Shown here: one piece after another, positions 6,806 to 16,253 of the stretch
How the letters are laid out: every line of letters begins with the position of its first letter
How positions within the stretch are numbered: the stretch's first letter is position 1
Origin: a virus
IMG/VR virus record: IMGVR_UViG_3300045988_064285
Span: 1-26,183 of that record
Reading direction: 5' to 3' (one strand)
Length of the DNA: 26,183 nucleotides
The notes under the pieces: model-generated
What the model was told of the DNA's origin: nothing
Seen by the model: the letters and a program-made list of their open reading frames with translations, nothing else
The model's database searches: none
Position numbers and translations under genes: made by a program

Positions 6806-8028
6806 GTAAAGACCTAAGTAGATTATTTACCAAAAAACAAATAGAACTTCTTAGGTGTAGTGTAAAAGAGAAGCCAAAGATATTGTTAGCAAGTGGAGCA
6901 AAAAGAGCAGGGAAAACTTATATTATGGATTTAGCCTTTATGAAACATATGAGACAGTACAAGGATATGGGTGTATCTTTCATTATTGGCGGAGCTACCA
7001 GCTCGACTATAAGAAGAAATATATTAAATGATATGGAAGAGTTTCTAGGAACTAATATAAAACTAAATAAAGAACAAGGCTTTGAGCTATGGGGCAATAT
7101 GATTTATTGCTTTGGTGGAAGCAATTCTGATAGTTGGAAAGCGGTCAGAGGATTTACAGCAGCAGGAGCATTTCTTAATGAAGGTACAGCTTTACATGAT
7201 ACTTTTGTAAAAGAAGTTATATCAAGATGCTCATATGAAGGAGCAAGAATCTTTATAGATACCAATCCTGAAAATCCTATGCACTCAGTAAAGGTAGACT
7301 ATATAGATAAGAGTGGGCAAACTCTTAATGATGGTAGGTTAAATATAAAAGCTTTTCACTTTAATTTATATGATAATACCTTTCTTCCATCTGATTATGT
7401 TGAAAGTATAGAAAAGGCAACTCCAACAGGAATGTTTTATGATAGGGATATACTTGGTATGTGGGTGGCTGCTGAAGGAATAGTGTACAGAGACTTTAAC
7501 CAAAAAGTACATTTAATAGAAAAAATACCAGAACATGAAAATATAATAAAGTATATTGGTGGCATAGACTTTGGATTTGAACACTATGGAAGTATTGTAA
7601 TACTGGCTAAAAGCGAAAAAGGTAATTACTATTTCATTGAAGAAATAGCAGAACGACACAAATATATAGATTGGTGGAAAGAAAGAGCTTTTGAATTGCA
7701 AAGTAGATATCATGGAATAACATTTTATTGTGATACAGCTAGAACAGAACATATAAGCAAATTAAAAGAGTATCCTAATAGGGTGAATGCTAAAGAAGCT
7801 GACAAGGCTGTAGTTGAAGGAATAGAAATGGTTGGAAGTCTTTTAAAACAAAATAAACTATTTTTTATCAAAGAAAAGTTCAAGAAAGGGCTCCAAGAAA
7901 TGTATCTCTATTCTTGGAATGATAAAGGAACTGATGAAAAGGTAAGAAAAGAAAATGATGATGTTTTAGACGCTTTAAGATATGCAATATTTACAGAAAG
8001 AGCAAAACAGACATTTAGTTTTGATTAG
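6802..8028 (+). CDS. Terminase large subunit, PBSX/Terminase_3-like
   Basis: Walker A-like LASGAKRAGKTYIMDLAF. Nuclease-region motifs GGIDFGFEHYGS, YCDTARTEHI and NDDVLDALRYAI. Confidence 0.95.
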   Translation: MSKDLSRLFTKKQIELLRCSVKEKPKILLASGAKRAGKTYIMDLAFMKHMRQYKDMGVSFIIGGATSSTIRRNILNDMEEFLGTNIKLNKEQGFELWGNMIYCFGGSNSDSWKAVRGFTAAGAFLNEGTALHDTFVKEVISRCSYEGARIFIDTNPENPMHSVKVDYIDKSGQTLNDGRLNIKAFHFNLYDNTFLPSDYVESIEKATPTGMFYDRDILGMWVAAEGIVYRDFNQKVHLIEKIPEHENIIKYIGGIDFGFEHYGSIVILAKSEKGNYYFIEEIAERHKYIDWWKERAFELQSRYHGITFYCDTARTEHISKLKEYPNRVNAKEADKAVVEGIEMVGSLLKQNKLFFIKEKFKKGLQEMYLYSWNDKGTDEKVRKENDDVLDALRYAIFTERAKQTFSFD

Positions 8029-8041
8029 GGTAAGGTGAGAA

Positions 8042-9454
8042 ATGTTTGATTTTATTAAGGGATTGTTTAAGAGAAAAGATAAAGGGGGAGACATGACTAA
8101 GGATACAAGATATTTAGAATATTTAATAAATCAATTCCTTAGCTCCCGAGTGAGAATGGATATGTTGACAGGTGAAAGATATTACAGAGGTTATCATGAT
8201 ATTTTATACACCAAAAGACAAGCTATAGGTAAGGGTGGAAGATTGGTTGATGTTGATAATCTCCCAAATAATAAAATAATTGATAACCAATATGAAAGAC
8301 TTGTAGATCAAAAAATTAATTATTTGCTATCAAAACCTATTACTTTTAAAACTGAAAATAAAGAATATTCAAAGTTATTAGAACAAGTGTTTGATAAAAG
8401 ATTTTTAGTAACTATGAAGAATTTAGGAGAAGATTGTCTCAATAATGGAATAGGCTGGTTATATCCTCATTATAATTCGTTAGGAGAATTTGTATTTAAA
8501 AAGTTTGAACCTAGTGAAATTATTCCAGTATGGAAAGACCAAGAACATACTGAACTAGACTTTGTTATAAGAATCTATGAACTTCAAGAGTGGACAGGTA
8601 GCATATTGGAAACAGTAGAAAAAGTTGAAGTGTATAAAACTTCTGGTATTGATAGATATGGTTATAAATGGGGTTCTTTGAGATATGAAGGTCATACTAA
8701 TTATATTTCATTAGGAGAACAAGAATACAACTGGCAAAAAATACCATTAATTCCATTCAAATATAACCAGATAGAAAAACCACTTATTAATAGAGTGAAG
8801 AATTTACAAGATGCAATAAATAAAATTTTATCCATGTTTCAAAACAATATGGAAGAAGATCCAAGAAGTACTATATTAATTATAACAAACTATGAAGGTC
8901 AAGACTTAGGAGAATTTAGAGAAAATTTATCCAGAGTTGGAGCTGTTAATGTTGGAAAAGATGGTAAATTAGAAAAACTTACTATAGAGGTTAATCATGA
9001 AAATTATAAATTTATACTTGATGAACTAAAAGATGCTCTTATAGAAAATGGAAGAGGATTTGACGCAAAAGATAAAAGAATGGGAGCAAATCCTAATCAA
9101 ATGAATATCCAATCTATGTATTCTGATATAGATTTAGACGCTAATGGAATGGAAACTGAATTTCAAGCATCCTTTGATAAAACCCTATGGTTTGTTAATA
9201 ATTATTTATCACATAAAGGATTTGGAGACTTTGAAAGCGAAAAAGCTCAAATCATATTTAACAAGGATATATTGATAAATGAAACAGATGCTATAAATAA
9301 TTGTACTAAATCAGAGGGAATAATTTCTAAAAAGACAATAGTATCACAGCATCCTTGGGTAACTGATGTGGAAGCAGAACTTGCAGAAATGAAAAAAGAG
9401 GATGAATTAGAACCTTATGGAAATTTAGGTTCTGGTGATTTAAATGAAGAGTAA
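8042..9454 (+). CDS. Portal protein, SPP1 gp6-like
   Basis: 470 aa after the terminase, with YYRGYHDI..IIDNQYERLVDQKINYLLSKP..NCLNNGIGWLYPHY-type portal motifs. Confidence 0.92.
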   Translation: MFDFIKGLFKRKDKGGDMTKDTRYLEYLINQFLSSRVRMDMLTGERYYRGYHDILYTKRQAIGKGGRLVDVDNLPNNKIIDNQYERLVDQKINYLLSKPITFKTENKEYSKLLEQVFDKRFLVTMKNLGEDCLNNGIGWLYPHYNSLGEFVFKKFEPSEIIPVWKDQEHTELDFVIRIYELQEWTGSILETVEKVEVYKTSGIDRYGYKWGSLRYEGHTNYISLGEQEYNWQKIPLIPFKYNQIEKPLINRVKNLQDAINKILSMFQNNMEEDPRSTILIITNYEGQDLGEFRENLSRVGAVNVGKDGKLEKLTIEVNHENYKFILDELKDALIENGRGFDAKDKRMGANPNQMNIQSMYSDIDLDANGMETEFQASFDKTLWFVNNYLSHKGFGDFESEKAQIIFNKDILINETDAINNCTKSEGIISKKTIVSQHPWVTDVEAELAEMKKEDELEPYGNLGSGDLNEE

Positions 9455-10370
9455 AAGCTACTGGGAAAAAAGACAAAGAGATAGAGAAAAGAAGGTATAT
9501 AAAACTACTATTCAAGCGGAGAAAGCTCTTAAAATTGAAATGGTAAGGGCACAAGAAGAAATATTAGCTAATATAAATAATTTAATTGGAAAATATATGT
9601 CTGAAACAGGATTGAGTTATTCAGAAGCACAAAAAAAATTAAATTCAAACGAATATAAAGTATGGAGAAAAGATATCGAAGGATATCTAAAAGAATTAAA
9701 GCAATATGAAAATGTTAATCTTGAAAAGTATAAAAAAATAAAATTAGAACTTGAAACATTAGCTGTCAGAAGCAGAATAAGCAGACTTGAAAGTTTAGTC
9801 ATACAAACTAACCAAGTTATAAATAAACAGAAATTTGAAGAAGAAAAGGAGGTTACTAATTATGTAAAAAATGTATATGAAACTACTTTTAAAGCTTTTC
9901 AAGAAGACATCGGTTTTAAAGGAGCTAACACAATTTTACCTCTCAATCAAATAGAGAGGGCTATACAATACCCATGGAGTGGAGAGAACTTTTCTGAAAG
10001 GATATGGAGCAATAGAGATAAATTAAGCCGAGTATTAAAAAAGGAGATAACTCAATCTCTTATACAAGGAGTAAATCCACAAAAATTAAATAAGAGAATA
10101 AGAGAACAAATGGGTAGTGGCTACAAAGAAACCCAAAGACTTGTAAGAACAGAATTGAATTATGCTCTCAATGAAGCCACAAAAATAGCATATGAAGAGG
10201 ACGAAATAGAAGAATATGAGTTTTTAGCAGAGATCGACAACAGAACATCAGCGATATGTAAGGAACTTAATGGGCAGATTTTTAAAGTCAAGGATGCGGT
10301 TGTAGGAATTAATTATCCATCAATGCATCCAAATTGCAGAAGTACAACAATGCCAGTTATTAAATTTTAG
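9444..10370 (+). CDS. Phage head morphogenesis protein, Mu gpF/SPP1 gp7-like
   Basis: C-terminal RTELNYALNEATKIAY..YEFLAEIDNRTSAICKELNGQIFKVKDAVVGINYPSMHPNCRSTTMPV. Confidence 0.9.
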   Translation: MKSKSYWEKRQRDREKKVYKTTIQAEKALKIEMVRAQEEILANINNLIGKYMSETGLSYSEAQKKLNSNEYKVWRKDIEGYLKELKQYENVNLEKYKKIKLELETLAVRSRISRLESLVIQTNQVINKQKFEEEKEVTNYVKNVYETTFKAFQEDIGFKGANTILPLNQIERAIQYPWSGENFSERIWSNRDKLSRVLKKEITQSLIQGVNPQKLNKRIREQMGSGYKETQRLVRTELNYALNEATKIAYEEDEIEEYEFLAEIDNRTSAICKELNGQIFKVKDAVVGINYPSMHPNCRSTTMPVIKF

Positions 10371-10380
10371 GAGGTAAAAA

Positions 10381-10974
10381 GTGAAAAAAGAAGAACTAAT
10401 CAAACTAGGACTAGATGAAGAAACAGCTAAAAAAGTTGAGGCTGCTTCTACCGAAGAGTTGAAAGGATATGTAGAAAAAACTAAATATAGTGAACTTGAA
10501 ACAATTAAAAAACAATTGGAAGAGAGTAACAAAACTGTAAATAAACAGTTGGAAGATTTAAAGAAAAATACTGGGGATGCAGAAGCATTAAAAGCAGAGA
10601 TACAAAAAATCCAAGATGAAAACAAAAACAAAGAAACAGAATATACAAATAATATAAAAAAATTAAAAGTTGATAATGCTGTTGAGTTGGCATTGATAGG
10701 AGCTAAAGCTAAAAATACTAAAGCTGTAAAAGCTTTACTCAATCTTGAAAACCTAGAAATAGGAGAAGATGGGAAAGTTAAAGGATTAGAAGATCAAATT
10801 AAAAATTTAACAAAAGATGAAGGAACAGCATTTTTATTTGAAGCTGAAAGCAAAACAGAAACTCCGAAAGGAACTGATCCAGCAGGGAAAAGTACAAAAA
10901 AAGATATAAAGGATATGACTTATAGTGAGATGGAAGCTTATTTAGCAGCAAATCCAGGAGCTAAAATTAATTAA
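10381..10974 (+). CDS. Capsid scaffolding protein
   Basis: GTG start, coiled-coil-rich acidic/basic protein (DEETAKKVEAAS...KKQLEESNKTVNKQLEDLKK) directly before the major capsid gene. Confidence 0.8.
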   Translation: MKKEELIKLGLDEETAKKVEAASTEELKGYVEKTKYSELETIKKQLEESNKTVNKQLEDLKKNTGDAEALKAEIQKIQDENKNKETEYTNNIKKLKVDNAVELALIGAKAKNTKAVKALLNLENLEIGEDGKVKGLEDQIKNLTKDEGTAFLFEAESKTETPKGTDPAGKSTKKDIKDMTYSEMEAYLAANPGAKIN

Positions 10975-10993
10975 AAAAGGGAGATGGTAAAAA

Positions 10994-12064
10994 ATGGCAA
11001 AATTTAACGAAAAAACTTTTAATCCAGAAGCATTTGGGAAGTATGTTGACAGGATACCTAATCTTAAAAGATTGGAACTTATAAAGTCAAGAGCATTGAG
11101 AGGGAATGAACAGATAAGAGAAGCTTTCAGCAATCAGACAGGAACAGCTTATGCAACTATTCCAATGTTTGGAACATTAGGAGGAACTCCTGTTAATTAT
11201 GATGGGAAAACTGATATTACAGAAGAAACAACAGATACTTATGAAAGAGGGGTAGTAGTAATTGGAAGGGCTAAAGCTTGGACAGAATTAGACTTTTCAG
11301 CTGATATAACTGGTGGAGTAGAATTTATGGACAATGTGGCAGCACAAGTATCTGAATATTGGGGAGATATAGATCAAAAAACACTTTTATCTATATTGAA
11401 TGGTATATTTTCGATGACAGGTGCAGGAAACTTAGCATTTGTTGATGGGCATACTTATGATATTACAGGGAAAACAGGAGATGAAGCAAAAGTAGGAGTA
11501 ACTACTCTCAATTCTGCTATTCAGCAAGCTGGGGGAGATAATAAAAATAAATTCTCAGTTGTAATTATGCATTCTACTGTAGCAACAAACTTAGAAAATC
11601 TTAATTTGTTAGGATATCTAAAACAAACAGATGCAAATGGAGTCCAAAGAGATTTAGCATTAGGTACTTGGAATGGAAGATTAGTATTAATAGATGATGA
11701 TATGCCGACTGAGGAAGTGGATGAATCATCATCAGGAGCAGGAGATGGATATACAAAGTATACATCATATGTTTTAGGAGATGGGGCAATTGATTATGAA
11801 AATATAGGAGCTGAAATCCCTTTTGAAATGTCAAGAGATCCTAAAACAAATGGAGGAAAAACAACTCTTTATTCAAGACAAAGAAAAGTATTTGCACCTT
11901 ATGGAATTTCATACACAAAGAAAACTCAAGCTTCTCTATCTCCAACAGATGCAGAACTTGAAAATGGTGGAAACTGGGAACTTGTAAATAATGGTTCTGC
12001 TTCTAAAAAGGCTTATATAAACCATAAAGCAATTCCAATAGCAAGAATAATTTCTAAAGGATAG
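10994..12064 (+). CDS. Major capsid protein
   Basis: 356 aa in the canonical position after the scaffold, with TDTYERGVVVIGRAKAWTELDFSADITGG..VAAQVSEYWGDIDQKTLLSILNGIF. Confidence 0.88.
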   Translation: MAKFNEKTFNPEAFGKYVDRIPNLKRLELIKSRALRGNEQIREAFSNQTGTAYATIPMFGTLGGTPVNYDGKTDITEETTDTYERGVVVIGRAKAWTELDFSADITGGVEFMDNVAAQVSEYWGDIDQKTLLSILNGIFSMTGAGNLAFVDGHTYDITGKTGDEAKVGVTTLNSAIQQAGGDNKNKFSVVIMHSTVATNLENLNLLGYLKQTDANGVQRDLALGTWNGRLVLIDDDMPTEEVDESSSGAGDGYTKYTSYVLGDGAIDYENIGAEIPFEMSRDPKTNGGKTTLYSRQRKVFAPYGISYTKKTQASLSPTDAELENGGNWELVNNGSASKKAYINHKAIPIARIISKG

Positions 12065-12474
12065 TGATTAAAATGGCTGTTTATGATGATATAGTAATGA
12101 GATTGAAGTTTTTTAAATATACAGTTAAAGAAGAAGATAAAGAAATAATAGAATACCTTATGAAAAAAGTCTTAAACAGTATTAACAATATAACTAATCA
12201 AGAATATACTCAAGAAACTATTCCTGATGGATTAGTAGAATTGTATGTTGATAAAGTTGTTGGAGAATTTCTGATGCTAAAAAAAACTACAGGGGAATTG
12301 GTCGGAATAGACCTTTCCTCTGTTGGTAAAAGTGTGAGTGTTGGAAAGGTAAAAGTTGAATATGCTGTTGATTCTCAATATTCAAATCCAGACAAAATAT
12401 TTAATGATAGGATAAATTATCTTATGTATGGAAGAGATGAAGAATTATATACATATAGGAGGTTCAAATGGTAA
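12064..12474 (+). CDS. Head-tail connector, YqbG-like
   Basis: Position after the capsid gene, size, helical content. Confidence 0.6.
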   Translation: MIKMAVYDDIVMRLKFFKYTVKEEDKEIIEYLMKKVLNSINNITNQEYTQETIPDGLVELYVDKVVGEFLMLKKTTGELVGIDLSSVGKSVSVGKVKVEYAVDSQYSNPDKIFNDRINYLMYGRDEELYTYRRFKW

Positions 12475-12830
12475 AGGTAGATGACTTTTATACTGATACT
12501 GTAGATGTATGGAGACCTCGAAAAATAGATGATGAAGATGGTGGACGTACAGATGAAGATTTTCTTTTATATTCAGGCATTAAATGTATGCTTGATAGGG
12601 AAAGTTCTACTTCTACAGAAGGTTATCCTGTAAATAGCACAACGCAAACTTTTACCTTATTCACTCATATAGATACTGACATACAGCAAAATGATAAATT
12701 AATAGTTTATAGAGGAAATGAAAAATATACCTTTAGAGCAGGGCTGCCATTTGCTTACTATCATCTTTTACCACATAAGGAAATTGTAATGAGTGAGGTG
12801 CTTGAAAATGAAGATAAAGGGGATGGATAG
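12468..12830 (+). CDS. Head closure/connector protein, XkdH/YqbH-like
   Basis: DVWRPRKIDDEDGGRTDEDFLLYSGIKCMLDRESSTSTEGYPVNSTTQTFTLFTHIDTDIQQNDKLIVYRGNEKYTFRAG, plus synteny. Confidence 0.65.
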   Translation: MVKVDDFYTDTVDVWRPRKIDDEDGGRTDEDFLLYSGIKCMLDRESSTSTEGYPVNSTTQTFTLFTHIDTDIQQNDKLIVYRGNEKYTFRAGLPFAYYHLLPHKEIVMSEVLENEDKGDG

Positions 12831-13185
12831 TTGGCTTGAAAGGATAGAAACTCTTAAAAGAGAATTTCCAAAAGAAACAGGACAGTTCCTATTAAAACAA
12901 GCTAATGCAGTTATAAGGGATGCTAAACAATATACACCAGTTGATACAGGAACTTTGAGAGCTGCATGGCATAGAACAGGAAAAACAGAAAGAAAAGAGT
13001 TCCAACAAATAGTTTACAACAATACTGACTATGTGAATCACATTGAGTATGGGCATAGATTAAAACGAGGTGGAAAGATAGTTGGGTTTATTCAAGGTAG
13101 AAGAATGCTACATAAAGCAATATTTAATAGAAAGTTGAATTTCTATAGAGATCTTGAAAAAATGATGGGAAAATTAATGAGGTAA
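12808..13185 (+). CDS. Phage tail-completion protein, HK97 gp10-like/XkdI-like
   Basis: GMDSWLERIETLKREFPKETGQFLLKQANAVIRDAKQYTPVDTGTLRAAW..YVNHIEYGHR. Track start is GTG 12793. ATG 12808 with SD gaggtg is preferred. Confidence 0.85.
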   Translation: MKIKGMDSWLERIETLKREFPKETGQFLLKQANAVIRDAKQYTPVDTGTLRAAWHRTGKTERKEFQQIVYNNTDYVNHIEYGHRLKRGGKIVGFIQGRRMLHKAIFNRKLNFYRDLEKMMGKLMR

Positions 13186-13188
13186 ATT

Positions 13189-13641
13189 ATGAAAGTTGTA
13201 GATATAAGAAAAGCTATTGTAAAGAAACTAGCAGAATTAGGAATAGATGTTGAATATGAGAATATAAACAAAATAGATAGACCTTGTTACTTTGTTGATT
13301 TATTAACATATTACAAAGAATGGGATAGTAACTATAGAGAATTGAAAACTCTTAACTACGATATTATGTATTTTCCTAAAAAAAAGGAAGGAAATAATAC
13401 TGAAACTTGGGAAGCTTTAGAAAATGTAGACAATCATTTTGAAGTATTTGGTAATAAAATATTGCCTGTGTTAGATAGAAGATTGACTATGGCAGATACT
13501 AATATGCACATAGTTGATACAGTAGGACATTATGAATTTAGCATCAGCTTATTTGATCAGTATGGAAAACCATATGATTATGAGCTTATGCAAGAATTAG
13601 AAGTTAAATTTAAAGATTTGAACTTATCATTCAAGTCATAA
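13189..13641 (+). CDS. Tail terminator family protein, XkdJ-like
   Basis: 150 aa between the gp10-like and sheath genes, in the order seen in PBSX-type phages. Confidence 0.65.
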   Translation: MKVVDIRKAIVKKLAELGIDVEYENINKIDRPCYFVDLLTYYKEWDSNYRELKTLNYDIMYFPKKKEGNNTETWEALENVDNHFEVFGNKILPVLDRRLTMADTNMHIVDTVGHYEFSISLFDQYGKPYDYELMQELEVKFKDLNLSFKS

Positions 13642-13653
13642 AGGAGGGAATAA

Positions 13654-14727
13654 ATGGCAGGAGTAGGACAAATAAAGCCAACACCAGATATAAGTGTTGT
13701 ATTTAAAACTTTGGCAACAACTGTTATACAAAGAAGTGCACTGGGTATACTTTGCATGGTGCTTAAAGATACTAAACAAACTGAAAAGTGGGTAAATGTT
13801 GGGACTATAGCAGACATAGATGAAACTAAATGGGATACAAAAAGTATAAATTTAATAAAGCTAGCTATGTATACTTACAGTCCAAAGAAAATTTTAATAA
13901 GAGTGCAAGGAGCAGAAGAACAAATATCTACTATTCTCACAGAAATAAAACAGAGAAAAATAAACTGGTTGGTAGCTCCTAATGCTACAGAAGAAGAAGA
14001 CACTACTATTGTTCTTTGGGTAAAACAAGTTTTTGGAACTGAAGCAATAGACAAGACAGTAAAATATATTAGTTCCTTTGCTACTAATACAGACCATGTA
14101 GCTATTGTTCAATTAAGTAATAAAACTTTTAAATCTAAACTAGGAGAATTTACAGGACAAGAATACACAGCGGCACTAGGTGGAATGTTTGCAGGACTTC
14201 CTCTAAATATATCAGCTGATAATTTGATTATGAGCGATTTGATAGAGGTTGATGATGTAGAAGCAGCTCTAGGAAAACTAAGCTTATATAATGATGATGG
14301 AAAAGTAAGGATAAACATGGCAGTAAACAGCAAGACAGCTTTTGATAGCACTTGGAAATCTGATACTAGGTTCATTAAGGTTGTTGAAGGTATGTGTATT
14401 GTTGTAGATGATATAAGAGATACATTCAGAAATTATTGGATGGGTAAATATATAAATAACTATGATAACAAAATGAATTTTTGTTCAAATGTTAATAAAA
14501 TATATTTTAAAGACCTTCAACCAAATGTATTAAGTGCTGATTATGACAACAGAATAGAGATAGATTATGATGAACAAAGAAAAGTTGTAGTTGCAGATAG
14601 TAAAGACCCAGATGAGTTGACAGAATTAGAAATATTAAGTTATCCAAGTGGACATCAAGTATTTCTTGCTGGTGATGTAAGATTTGCTAATACAATGGTT
14701 GATTTACATCTTGTAATAACAATGTAG
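13654..14727 (+). CDS. Tail sheath protein, XkdK-like
   Basis: Domain order and motifs (GLPLNISADNLIMSDLIEVDDVEAAL.., TRFIKVVEGMCIVVDDIRDTFRNYWMGKYINNYDNKMNF), followed by the tube gene. Confidence 0.88.
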   Translation: MAGVGQIKPTPDISVVFKTLATTVIQRSALGILCMVLKDTKQTEKWVNVGTIADIDETKWDTKSINLIKLAMYTYSPKKILIRVQGAEEQISTILTEIKQRKINWLVAPNATEEEDTTIVLWVKQVFGTEAIDKTVKYISSFATNTDHVAIVQLSNKTFKSKLGEFTGQEYTAALGGMFAGLPLNISADNLIMSDLIEVDDVEAALGKLSLYNDDGKVRINMAVNSKTAFDSTWKSDTRFIKVVEGMCIVVDDIRDTFRNYWMGKYINNYDNKMNFCSNVNKIYFKDLQPNVLSADYDNRIEIDYDEQRKVVVADSKDPDELTELEILSYPSGHQVFLAGDVRFANTMVDLHLVITM

Positions 14728-14736
14728 GAGGTTTAA

Positions 14737-15177
14737 ATGGTAAGAGAGAATTTAAGAGGAAATAAAACGCTTACTGGAGGGTATGGTAAGTTATGGGTTG
14801 ATAATGAACTCATAGCTGAATTTTCAGCAGTAACAGCTTCTATTACAGCTAATAGATCAGATGTACAGCTTGGAATGTCTGTAGATAGTAAAATAACAAG
14901 CTTTACTGGAGAAGGAACATTAACCCTTTACAAAGTGTATTCGAGGGCTAATAAAATTTTGAAAGACTGGAAAAAAGGGAATGATACAAGAAGCAAAATA
15001 GTCTTTTCTATACTTGACCCAGATGCAGTAGGAAGACAAGAAGAAAGAGTATCTATAGACAATGTTTGGTTTAATACTTTAAATATAATAAATGCAACTA
15101 AAGGAGAGGCTATATCAGAAGAAATGCCATTTGGTTTCACTCCTGAAGATGTTGAATATGAGGGGGAAATTAAATAA
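14737..15177 (+). CDS. Tail tube protein, XkdM-like
   Basis: LRGNKTLTGGYGKLWVDNELIAEFSAVTASITANRSDVQLGMSVDSKITSFTGEGTLTLYKVYSR. Confidence 0.9.
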   Translation: MVRENLRGNKTLTGGYGKLWVDNELIAEFSAVTASITANRSDVQLGMSVDSKITSFTGEGTLTLYKVYSRANKILKDWKKGNDTRSKIVFSILDPDAVGRQEERVSIDNVWFNTLNIINATKGEAISEEMPFGFTPEDVEYEGEIK

Positions 15178-15545
15178 TGAATAATGAACTTTTAACAATA
15201 GAAGATATTTTAGGATTAGCAACAAAACCAAAAAAAGAAGAAGCTATAAAAGTAAAAGTTAAAAGGCTAGATAAGTTGATTGAACTAAGACCATTAAACT
15301 TCAAAGAGCTTATGACAGTGATAACAGAACAGCAAAGTGATGAACTTTTAATTTATGACAACTGTATAAGCCCTAATTTAAAAGATGGGAAATTAAATGG
15401 AATAGCATTTGAACCAGCTGAAATAGTAGGGAAAATATTCACAGTTGGAGAAGTAAGAGAAATAGCAAAGGCTATACTTGATAAATCTGGCTTTTATGGA
15501 AAAGATGCAATAGAAATAGTCGAGAACGATATAAAAAACTCATAA
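15177..15545 (+). CDS. Tail assembly chaperone, XkdN-like, unshifted product
   Basis: KRLDKLIELRPLNFKELMTVITEQQSDELL.., between the tube and tape measure genes. Confidence 0.85.
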   Translation: MNNELLTIEDILGLATKPKKEEAIKVKVKRLDKLIELRPLNFKELMTVITEQQSDELLIYDNCISPNLKDGKLNGIAFEPAEIVGKIFTVGEVREIAKAILDKSGFYGKDAIEIVENDIKNS

Positions 15546-15661
15546 AGAGTGATTGGAGAGCTTTCACAATCGCTCACTACCTTAACAAAGGGCATACATT
15601 AAAAGAGCTTAGAGAACTCAAGACGAAAGACCTCCTTATAATGTATGGCATGATAATGTAA
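15177..15661 (+). CDS. Predicted -1 frameshifted tail assembly chaperone, ~161 aa
   Basis: The -1 frame from the slippery site continues as LIKSDWRAFTIAHYLNKGHTLKELRELKTKDLLIMYGMIM, ending at TAA 15659-15661. Confidence 0.85.
15533..15575 (+). promoter_or_regulatory. -1 programmed ribosomal frameshift signal
   Basis: A_AAA_AAC (15533-15539) is correctly phased. A 7-nt spacer is followed by a 9-bp stem GAGTGATTG/CAATCGCTC (15547-15555/15567-15575). Confidence 0.85.
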
Positions 15662-15708
15662 TAAAAAAATGAACCTTGGCAATTGAATATCTGAGGATTG
15701 GAAATAAA
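15661..15708. repeat. Left arm of imperfect ~45-nt inverted repeat
   Basis: AATTGAATATCTGAGGATTGG (15681-15701) is the exact reverse complement of 17868-17888. The flanks ataaaaaaat and aataaa are also shared. Confidence 0.85.
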
Positions 15709-15749
15709 GAGAACTTTATTAATTTTAGTATACTTAATAGGGAGGGATA

Positions 15750-16049
15750 ATGACACTCAAAATAGCATGGCTAGATATAAATATAAAGTTTAAAAATGAT
15801 GTTAAATTGAATGGAGTGAATGTTGATGGGTACTTTTCTCCAAGAGAAAAAGAAATATTAATTGATGATGAATTGCCTAAGCATATGAAACAAAAAGTTC
15901 TTTTACATGAATTAGTTCATGCCATGTTATTTGCATTTGGTAGATATGACTATGATGATGAGAATTTAGTTGATACTATAGCTTCTGGTATAATAACTTT
16001 ACTCAAAGACAATAAGGAAGAGGTCATAAAAGTAATGTCTGATATATAA
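15750..16049 (+). CDS. Small HExxH putative zinc metallopeptidase
   Basis: MKQKVLLHELVHAMLFAFGRYDYDDENLVDTIASGI contains HELVH. Short 99-aa protein. Confidence 0.7.
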   Translation: MTLKIAWLDINIKFKNDVKLNGVNVDGYFSPREKEILIDDELPKHMKQKVLLHELVHAMLFAFGRYDYDDENLVDTIASGIITLLKDNKEEVIKVMSDI

Positions 16050-16089
16050 AAAATAAACATGAATGAAAAATAGAAAAGGAGGGAATAAA

Positions 16090-16236
16090 TTGGATAAAAA
16101 CAAAGAAAATATAACGGGAATAGGAATACCAATATACGATCCTAAGGGTAAATGGATAGGTAATATTTTAGTAAATGAGAAATTAGAAGTTGTAGATTGG
16201 TTAAAATATGGCTATAAAGTTGGAGAAGGGGAATAA
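16090..16236 (+). CDS. Small hypothetical protein, 48 aa, TTG start
   Basis: Frame encodes (M)DKNKENITGIGIPIYDPKGKWIGNILVNEKLEVVDWLKYGYKVGEGE. Strong SD aaaggaggg just upstream. Confidence 0.5.
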   Translation: MDKNKENITGIGIPIYDPKGKWIGNILVNEKLEVVDWLKYGYKVGEGE

Positions 16237-16253
16237 ATCCCCTTCCATTTTTT
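16225..16253. terminator. Rho-independent terminator
   Basis: GAAGGGG (16225-16231) and CCCCTTC (16239-16245), then T6 (16248-16253). Lies between convergent genes. Confidence 0.75.

Noticed and set aside
9327-11133. Minus-strand ORFs over portal, gpF-like, scaffold and capsid genes
   Set aside because: All are shadows of strongly supported structural genes with biased composition.
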